A stretch of DNA of 64,000 bases from a candidate division FCPU426 bacterium (GTDB lineage Bacteria; Oederibacteriota; Muellerivitia; Muellerivitales; DAHXKG01): contig DAHXKG010000003.1 of assembly GCA_027366525.1 (NCBI GenBank), positions 72,097-136,096 of the forward strand, read 5' to 3'. The first letter of the stretch is position 1; each line of letters opens with the position of its first letter. Under the pieces are notes generated by a model. It was not told the origin of the DNA, ran no database searches, and was given only the letters and a program-made list of their open reading frames with translations. A program made the position numbers and the translations under genes. Positions 57,270 to 64,000 of this stretch are shown piece by piece.

Positions 57270-58499
57270 TTGAATGGACCTCATATAAAAAAAAAGCTAC
57301 ATCGAAATATTAAGGCCGTAGGGTGGGCCAGTCTCGTGAATGATATTTCCAGTGAGATGATTTATCCGCTGCTTCCGATATTTCTTACTTCAGTTTTAGG
57401 GGCTCCAGCTTTAGCACTCGGGGTGATTGAAGGGCTAGCGGATACGTTGTCAGCCTGTATGAAATGGTTTTCAGGCGTTTTAACAGACCATTTTCATATG
57501 CGAAAACCCTTTATAGTTGCGGGTTATGTTCTGTCAGGGCTGGTGCGACCCTTAATGGGCATCACTCAAACTTGGCAACAAGTGCTTCAGTTGCGAATTA
57601 CGGATCGATTGGGCAAAGGTGTAAGAGCTTCAGCCCGAGATGCCCTGATCACTGAAAATGTAAATGCGAATCAGCGTGGAAAAGCTTTTGGATTTGATCG
57701 AGCCATGGATCATGCTGGCGCTGCTTTAGGACCCTTAATTGCTGCCGGTTTATTTTATTTCTTCCATTGGTCGATTCGAAAAATATTTTTATGTGCATTG
57801 ATTCCAGCCGGTATTGTCTTTGTAATTCTTTGGATTGGAATTAAGGAGAAAAAAAAAACACGCACGACCAAATCGACGCAACCAATATCATTTTTAAAAG
57901 CGGCTCAATTTTATGGATTAGGAACAACATTTAAGCTGTTTTTAGTTGCTGTTTTCATTTTTACACTAGGGAATTCTACCGATGCCTTTCTGATCCTCCG
58001 GCTATCTAATCTTGGAGTGTCCGCAGCTGGAATTGGATTACTATGGACATGCTTCCATTTAATTAAAATGGGAACCACGTATTGGGGTGGAAAACTTTCA
58101 GATACATGGAATAAGAAAGTTATGAATGGAATAGGATGGTTATTCTATGCGAGTGTATATTTTGGGTTTTCGTGGATTGATAAAACCAATAGCTTTATAA
58201 CTTTGTTTTTAATTTATGGAATTTATTTTGGACTTACGGAACCGACGGAACGGGCACTAGTGGCTGAATTTTCTGGAGAAAATGAACGTGGAGTGGCGTT
58301 TGGTTTCTACCATGCAGCGGTTGGAATTGGGACTTTTCCGGCCAGTCTTTTATTTGGGTGGATATATCAAGTTTGGGGATTTTCCAGCGCCTTTAAAGTT
58401 GGAGCAGGGTTAGCTTTTGTAGCGGCGGTAATCTTGTTGATTATTCCGAAATCCAAAATCGAAGTAAAAAAAATGCATTTATCTAAAATTAAAAATTAA
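57270..58499 (+). CDS. MFS transporter
   Basis: 12 TM; DRLGKGVRASARDALI MFS motif between TM2 and TM3. Confidence 0.75.
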   Translation: MNGPHIKKKLHRNIKAVGWASLVNDISSEMIYPLLPIFLTSVLGAPALALGVIEGLADTLSACMKWFSGVLTDHFHMRKPFIVAGYVLSGLVRPLMGITQTWQQVLQLRITDRLGKGVRASARDALITENVNANQRGKAFGFDRAMDHAGAALGPLIAAGLFYFFHWSIRKIFLCALIPAGIVFVILWIGIKEKKKTRTTKSTQPISFLKAAQFYGLGTTFKLFLVAVFIFTLGNSTDAFLILRLSNLGVSAAGIGLLWTCFHLIKMGTTYWGGKLSDTWNKKVMNGIGWLFYASVYFGFSWIDKTNSFITLFLIYGIYFGLTEPTERALVAEFSGENERGVAFGFYHAAVGIGTFPASLLFGWIYQVWGFSSAFKVGAGLAFVAAVILLIIPKSKIEVKKMHLSKIKN

Positions 58500-58697
58500 C
58501 TAATCTTGCACGCATGACGTTTGGGTTCGCAAACAAAAACGGATGAGTCGTGGGATGTTTTAAAACAGTGCTTAAGCACGGTTGGATCTAAATTACCCAT
58601 AATGTATAGTTAATCCTTTTAATAGCAAACATAGCTAATGGATGGTGGTAAGATTCATAAATTTTCATCAAGGATTATAGCTAGGATAAATAAAACC

Positions 58698-60527
58698 TCA
58701 TCGAATCCAATGAGGGAGAGCAAGAGTGAGGAAGGGGACAAAAGTAATCAAAAGCACCATAATGTGTAAGATAATATACATTGGTAAAACCGATTGATAT
58801 ACTTCAGACATTGGCTTTTTAAATCGATAAGAGGACAGAAATAAATTAAGCCCTAAAGGTGGAGCAAGAAATCCAAGTTCCATATTTGCTAAAAAAATGA
58901 TGCCGAGATGAACAGGATTAATGTGAAAGGCAGCTCCTAATGGTACTAAGAGCGGAACGACTACCACAATGGCTGCAAAAATTTCTAAAAGACTTCCAAC
59001 AATGATTAAAAGAATATTAAGAATAATTAAAAAAAGCCAAGTGGAATGAATGGACGATTGAACCCAATGAACTAAGTGATTCGGAATGCGTGCAGCAACC
59101 ATGTAATTCGTAAAACCAAGTGAAACGCCTAAAATCAATAAAACGCCTCCAACTAAAATGCCGCATTCAGCAATCACCCGAAAAAGATGTTGATTAAACT
59201 TTAGATTTCTGTAAATCAATAATTCAATGAGAAATGTATAAAGTGCAGTAAGCGCTGCGGATTCGACAAGCGTTGTTTTAATAACAAATAAAAAAATAAA
59301 AATAAGGAAAGGGAGGAAAAGCTCGAATTTAGCATCATTAATTGCTGCAAAAGTTTCTGACCATTGAAAAGTATGACGTTGAACTTCGAGTTTGGAGCCC
59401 TTATGAATACCCCACCACATCGTAAGAATTAAAAGCAAAACCCCAGGAATAAGACCACCTAAAAAAAGTTGATTAATAGGGGTATGTGACACAATGCCAT
59501 ATAGAATGACCGGGAGGCTAGGCGGAAAAAGCATGCCTAAGGAGCCTGCAGAAGTTAAAAGTCCCAGCGAGTCCCGTTCACTATACTTTTCTGCCAGTAA
59601 AATAGGCATAAGGAGGCCGCCTAGAGCAAGAATGGTGACGCCGGATCCACCCGTTAACGCAGTAAAGAAAGCACAGGCCAATGCGGTAACAATAGCCGAG
59701 CCTCCTCGAAACGAACCAAATAAAGACTGAAAAACACGCAGGAGCCGTTTGGAAGCGCCACCTTCGGCTAATAGATAGCCTGTTAATGTAAAAAGGGGGA
59801 TGGTAGGAATTGTTGGAGAAACAACCATCTGGGATGTTTCAGCGGGGATTGAATCAATGGGAACACTCGAATTCCAAATTAATAGGAGTGCGGCTCCGCC
59901 AAGGGCAATAAAAATAGGTGCTCCCAATAGGATGGAGATTAAAAGCAGCCCAAATCCGAGAATGATTAAAAATGAAGGGGGATGATGAATTAAGGCAGAT
60001 CCACTAAAGAGGCAAGCCGAAAGAATTAGTGTACCAAATCGGCTTTTCCAGGATGAAGCAGAATGAAAAATAAGACGAAAAAAAATCAAGAAAAAACCGA
60101 TGGGTAAAATGGCTTCAATGATCCAGGCAGCAATGCCACAAACATGATCCCCACCTACGCTTGCATTAATTGCCACTAGTTGATAACTGGCTAAGGCTAA
60201 ATATAATGTAATGGCTCCAGCAAACGCGGACGTAAAAATATGAACGATTGATTTAAAGCGTTCGGGAATCAACCAAGAAGAACTTGAAAGGGTTAAAAGC
60301 TTTTTCTCCCGAGCCGCAATAGCGCCACCTAACATCATGATAACTAACGTTAGATATTGAACAAGTACCAGAGAATCTGGAATTAAATAAACTTTGAAAA
60401 CACGAGAAATAATATCAAAGATTGGCAGGCCAATCATGAGAATGAAAAAACATCCCAGGATAATGTCTTCTAGTTGATGCCAGAATGAACGTGGTTGTAA
60501 AGAAACTAACTCACTCGACTCCATCAA
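58698..60527 (-). CDS. TRAP transporter fused small/large permease (DctQM-type)
   Basis: 609 aa polytopic protein, length and hydropathy of fused DctQ-DctM; directly downstream of a DctP-family SBP gene. Confidence 0.75.
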   Translation of the reverse strand: MMESSELVSLQPRSFWHQLEDIILGCFFILMIGLPIFDIISRVFKVYLIPDSLVLVQYLTLVIMMLGGAIAAREKKLLTLSSSSWLIPERFKSIVHIFTSAFAGAITLYLALASYQLVAINASVGGDHVCGIAAWIIEAILPIGFFLIFFRLIFHSASSWKSRFGTLILSACLFSGSALIHHPPSFLIILGFGLLLISILLGAPIFIALGGAALLLIWNSSVPIDSIPAETSQMVVSPTIPTIPLFTLTGYLLAEGGASKRLLRVFQSLFGSFRGGSAIVTALACAFFTALTGGSGVTILALGGLLMPILLAEKYSERDSLGLLTSAGSLGMLFPPSLPVILYGIVSHTPINQLFLGGLIPGVLLLILTMWWGIHKGSKLEVQRHTFQWSETFAAINDAKFELFLPFLIFIFLFVIKTTLVESAALTALYTFLIELLIYRNLKFNQHLFRVIAECGILVGGVLLILGVSLGFTNYMVAARIPNHLVHWVQSSIHSTWLFLIILNILLIIVGSLLEIFAAIVVVVPLLVPLGAAFHINPVHLGIIFLANMELGFLAPPLGLNLFLSSYRFKKPMSEVYQSVLPMYIILHIMVLLITFVPFLTLALPHWIR

Positions 60528-60553
60528 AGCTCCTTAAAGTATACATCCCATTT

Positions 60554-61582
60554 TTAGTTTATAGGAGTAGGATGAAGTTTTCGATATTGGGTTCGATAAA
60601 TAATGGCTTTTTGAAAAGCTTGCACTGGGAAAAGTTGACCGATCATTTTAGGGTAAGCTTTCAGAAATAGTGATTCCCAAGACGATTTTTGAGCTGCAGT
60701 CAAATGGACCACTTTTAACCCTTTCTTTTTCATCACATGAATGGCTTCATGATCTTCCTTTTTAATGCTATTGATAAACTGGATTCCGGCTTGGTGTGCT
60801 GCATGTAGAATAGCCGGTCGATCTTCTGGCGGAATAGAATCCCATGCTTTTAAAGTCATGATGGTAGCGCCGACTAAAGGGGCAAATTTTAAATCCGTCA
60901 TGTAATGTGCTAAGGCAAACCACTGAAAAGAAAGTGCAGTTAAAGGAGTGGTATCAAAGGAATTAATTAATCCAGTTTGAAGGCCAGGCATAATATCGGT
61001 TGCCGCCAATGGAACCGGGTGAAATCCAGCAGATTGCCAAAGGGATAGAGCGCGATTATCACCCGCCCAAATAAAAAAATTCATTTTTTTAAGATCGGCA
61101 GGTGTTGCAATTGGTTTTTTTCCAAAAAAACGAATCCAACCGGCATTGCCCCAGTTTAAAATAACAAACCCTTTTTTTAAAAAGCGTTTTTTCAAATAGG
61201 GCTTCATGTGGTTTAAAACAAAGTTTAGTTCACTATATGACCGGTACATCATTGGTGTTGCAAGTACAAAGGCAGAACGATCGATACTGGACAAACCGGC
61301 AACCGTCAAAAGACACGCTTGAATTTGACCGATGCGCATTTTCTGAATCATATCGGATTCATCGCCTAGAATGCCGCTGGGATAAACAATCAGGCGAACT
61401 CCTCCATCGGGGGCTTGGGCCCATTTTTGACCCATTTGTTTAAGGGTTAGATACCAAGACGATCCTTGTGGGGCAAGAGTTCCTAGGCGGATAATCGTTT
61501 TTGAAAATCCTAGTGTCGATAACGATAAAATGCCTATAAAAGATAATTGAAAAAACCAAAAATGCTTTATTTTTAATAACAC
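60554..61582 (-). CDS. TRAP transporter substrate-binding protein (DctP family)
   Basis: signal peptide; TLAPQGSSWY motif region typical of DctP SBPs. Confidence 0.8.
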   Translation of the reverse strand: MLLKIKHFWFFQLSFIGILSLSTLGFSKTIIRLGTLAPQGSSWYLTLKQMGQKWAQAPDGGVRLIVYPSGILGDESDMIQKMRIGQIQACLLTVAGLSSIDRSAFVLATPMMYRSYSELNFVLNHMKPYLKKRFLKKGFVILNWGNAGWIRFFGKKPIATPADLKKMNFFIWAGDNRALSLWQSAGFHPVPLAATDIMPGLQTGLINSFDTTPLTALSFQWFALAHYMTDLKFAPLVGATIMTLKAWDSIPPEDRPAILHAAHQAGIQFINSIKKEDHEAIHVMKKKGLKVVHLTAAQKSSWESLFLKAYPKMIGQLFPVQAFQKAIIYRTQYRKLHPTPIN

Positions 61583-61617
61583 GGCAGACTCCTTAATAAT
61601 GATTTGAAATTAAAATT

Positions 61618-62541
61618 TTATTGAACAAACAAATTTGTTTGTTGACGTAAAAGCCAACGAGCACGCTTTTGCATAATTAAATTCATGAGGCGCCATTTGG
61701 GTTTTTTATTGACGTTAATTTGAAGGGCATGTTTTAACATGGATTTGAATTCCTTCAAGTTTTGTTCTTGAACATCAACACTTTCAGCAAAATTGACATA
61801 AGGCGAGGCGCTTAACCCATGGGTCAATTTAATAGCTTCTTTTAAATATTTTCTGGCTTTTTGAGGCGAACCTCCCAAGGCTTGGGGTAAACTGCCAACT
61901 TCGGTAATTAAAAAAGATTGAATAGTACCATCATCAAAATTTGGATTTAAGGTAAAAGCCCTTTGCACGAGCATTTTCGCTAAAGGAATATCTGCAAGCA
62001 ATCGAGGATCATTTTGGCCCAGAGAAATCGCTCCCATCCAAGCGACACCGGTCCAATATAAAAGTGCAACATCGTGAGGACGCATAGCTTTTAATGCTTT
62101 GAGAGGATTTTTTTTGAATTCTTTGATAAAGGAAGGATGCGAGACGTTTAATCCACGAAATCCATAGTTTCGAGCGCGCAAATAAAGATTTTTTGCTTCG
62201 TGTCGAAGCGCCAAGGATTTGTGGTAATTCCGATTCATCAGAAAATCAGATTTTTGTTCGACAAATCCATAAGCATATTCTGTGAACGCCTTACAAAGTG
62301 TTGTAAGCAAACCATGATTTTTAGGCACACTTTGCAGGACGCTTTCCATTAATTTTAGGCTGAAAGGTAGTGCTTTAGCAATTAAACGCGGATCATTGTC
62401 GGTGGCAAAAGTGCTGGTACCGTGGGAAAGCGAATTGGCTAATCCCGACATTACGAGACTATTCAACGAACAGCCAAATTGAAAAAGAATTGTAAGGCTT
62501 AATCCCATCAGTATAAATTTAAATAATCGTAGTCGCTTCAT
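61618..62541 (-). CDS. TRAP-associated TPR-like lipoprotein (TatT-like T-component)
   Basis: lipobox FQFGCSL; helical repeat body; position upstream of dctP-dctQM as in TPAT-type TRAP systems. Confidence 0.4.
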   Translation of the reverse strand: MKRLRLFKFILMGLSLTILFQFGCSLNSLVMSGLANSLSHGTSTFATDNDPRLIAKALPFSLKLMESVLQSVPKNHGLLTTLCKAFTEYAYGFVEQKSDFLMNRNYHKSLALRHEAKNLYLRARNYGFRGLNVSHPSFIKEFKKNPLKALKAMRPHDVALLYWTGVAWMGAISLGQNDPRLLADIPLAKMLVQRAFTLNPNFDDGTIQSFLITEVGSLPQALGGSPQKARKYLKEAIKLTHGLSASPYVNFAESVDVQEQNLKEFKSMLKHALQINVNKKPKWRLMNLIMQKRARWLLRQQTNLFVQ

Positions 62542-62722
62542 TGTGATTGTCTACCCAAGTAGAATTTAAGTAATGATTGTACACTGAGATGGTCAAAAAA
62601 TACATTAAATTTAGAAATGAAAATCTTAGGATACAAATTGTTACACAATTTTTAAGTGTCATCTTGATTTTTGTGTTATGAACTTTATAATTATACACTA
62701 GTCTAATTTCAAAAGGGAATTC

Positions 62723-64000
62723 ATGAAAAAAAACGATTTTAAATTATTCCATTTCATGGGATGGATGGGTGTCGTTTTTTTTCTTGCCGGATGTGGCATA
62801 CCGGTTGTTCAAATTGACAATAATGTTGTGGAATCTCCTTTGCGCAATGCTACGGGGATTACGACTCAACAAGTCATGAAGGCGGCGCATTCAAAACAAC
62901 TTTCCTTGTGGGATGTTTATGCACTAGCAGTCAAGCGTACCGAATCATTGGCCATTCAATCCGAAAATATTCAACAAGCCTATGCCCAACGGGGCGAGGC
63001 TATCGGCGATATCTTGCCGCATATTGAATTGAATGGAACGGAAGGCGGCAATTCTAAATCATATACCTCTAATGCATTTACCGGTAATTCTGCGCTTGGG
63101 GCACTACCCTATAACACGCTGTATTTTTCTGGAGCCGAGACTATTTTAAGTGGCCTTAATCAGATTGCAGCCTTGGAGGGAGCCAGCGATCAAATTACCG
63201 AACAAACTCAAACAATGAAAAATGATGCAGCTCAATTGCTATTAAATATTGCCAATGCCTTTTATTCGATTTTGGAATTGAGAAGCTCTCAAAAATCAGA
63301 AGAAGATATTCTCCAATTAACTCAAAAAATACTTCGTACGCAAAAAGCGTGGGCCAAAATTGGACGATCCCAACAGAGTGATGTTTATAGTACGGAAGCA
63401 CAACTTGACCAAACCTTGGCTCAAATGGAATCAATTAAAGATCAGCTTGTTCAAGCTTGGGGAACCCTTTCGGCATTAGCGGGCATTCAGCCGGATCAAC
63501 CCTTGATTAGAACCGAACATGAAAAACGGCCACCCTTAAAGAGCTTATCTCAATTAGAAGCGATGGCTAACCATCGACCCGATGTTCAAGCCGCCGAAGC
63601 GGCCAATCAATTGGCATCGGCACAAGTGCTCCAAGCGGAAGGGCAATTTTTGCCCTCGCTAAGCGTAGTCGGCGATTATTATCTTGAAAAAACAGGCAGT
63701 TTTCCTTCCCCCACATGGGATATTGAATTACAGGCATCCATTCCCATTTTTACTGGGGGTGTTTTAGTAGATCAAGCCAAAATTGCCGAATCACAGAAAC
63801 GACAAGCAGAACTTAATTTGCATTCGGTGAAACGCTTAGCCATGAATCAAATTCGCGAGGCGTATCAAAGCTTGCTCCAAAGTATTCGTGAAAAAAATGC
63901 CTATGCTAAAGCTTTAACGGCTAGTCGAAAAGATTATCAAGCTGTTTTAAGAGATTTTCATTTAAATTTAATGACCACTGTTGATTTGATGCAAACATTG
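62723..64000 (+). CDS. outer-membrane efflux factor lipoprotein (TolC/OprM family), 3'-truncated by window end
   Basis: lipobox FLAGCG; OEP-family helical repeats (LSLWDVYALAVKRTESL, QLDQTLAQMESIKDQL); no stop before position 64000, so absent from the ORF track. Confidence 0.65.
   Translation, partial: MKKNDFKLFHFMGWMGVVFFLAGCGIPVVQIDNNVVESPLRNATGITTQQVMKAAHSKQLSLWDVYALAVKRTESLAIQSENIQQAYAQRGEAIGDILPHIELNGTEGGNSKSYTSNAFTGNSALGALPYNTLYFSGAETILSGLNQIAALEGASDQITEQTQTMKNDAAQLLLNIANAFYSILELRSSQKSEEDILQLTQKILRTQKAWAKIGRSQQSDVYSTEAQLDQTLAQMESIKDQLVQAWGTLSALAGIQPDQPLIRTEHEKRPPLKSLSQLEAMANHRPDVQAAEAANQLASAQVLQAEGQFLPSLSVVGDYYLEKTGSFPSPTWDIELQASIPIFTGGVLVDQAKIAESQKRQAELNLHSVKRLAMNQIREAYQSLLQSIREKNAYAKALTASRKDYQAVLRDFHLNLMTTVDLMQTL

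Noticed and set aside
1-64000. CRISPR array / cas genes
   Set aside because: No short regularly spaced direct repeats were seen in any intergenic region. The only Cas4-like nuclease is solitary.

Overview
About 64 kb of a low-GC (roughly 35-40% by eye), densely coding bacterial chromosome of uncertain lineage. Genes sit on both strands and there is one tRNA. Housekeeping content includes a NuoF-like flavoprotein, a split methylene-THF dehydrogenase plus methenyl-THF cyclohydrolase pair (folD-like and fchA-like), the mnmG-rsmG (gidAB) operon, a PepF oligoendopeptidase, ispH, an addB-addA helicase-nuclease operon with TAATG stop/start overlap, a CDF metal exporter, an archaeal-type glycogen debranching enzyme, tRNA-Val(CAC), queD, glutamine-dependent nadE, gnd and an MFS transporter. 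There is a three-gene hpnC/hpnD/hpnE squalene module for hopanoid precursors. A large lipoylation and glycine-cleavage supercluster runs iscA-like, 80-aa ORF, lipoate ligase/octanoyltransferase, lpd, gcvT, gcvH, fused gcvP, lipA, followed by an ArsM-like methyltransferase. A TRAP transporter (TatT-like TPR lipoprotein, DctP, fused DctQM) and a truncated TolC-like gene close the window. The most unusual content is accessory. (1) A minus-strand operon of a PhcB-like C-terminal SAM methyltransferase, a 904-aa polytopic hybrid kinase with HK-REC-HK architecture, and a PhcR-like regulator (receiver fused to a degenerate kinase-like domain). A second, better-conserved receiver-kinase paralog lies 20 kb away. 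Together these resemble the Ralstonia phcBSR(Q) methyl-ester quorum-sensing cassette in what looks like an unrelated low-GC genome. (2) A type IV coupling-protein-like ATPase plus a Replic_Relax-family gene next to mnmG, followed by 750 bp of non-coding DNA holding a tiny Lys-rich ORF; this looks like a conjugative-element remnant. (3) Two inverted copies of a roughly 50-bp composite palindromic element (CACGTG-centred 24-bp palindrome plus a GAATAC..GTATTC palindrome) bracketing mnmG-rsmG. No CRISPR array, rRNA or IS transposase was seen. All functional calls come from motif recognition by eye; no database search was possible.
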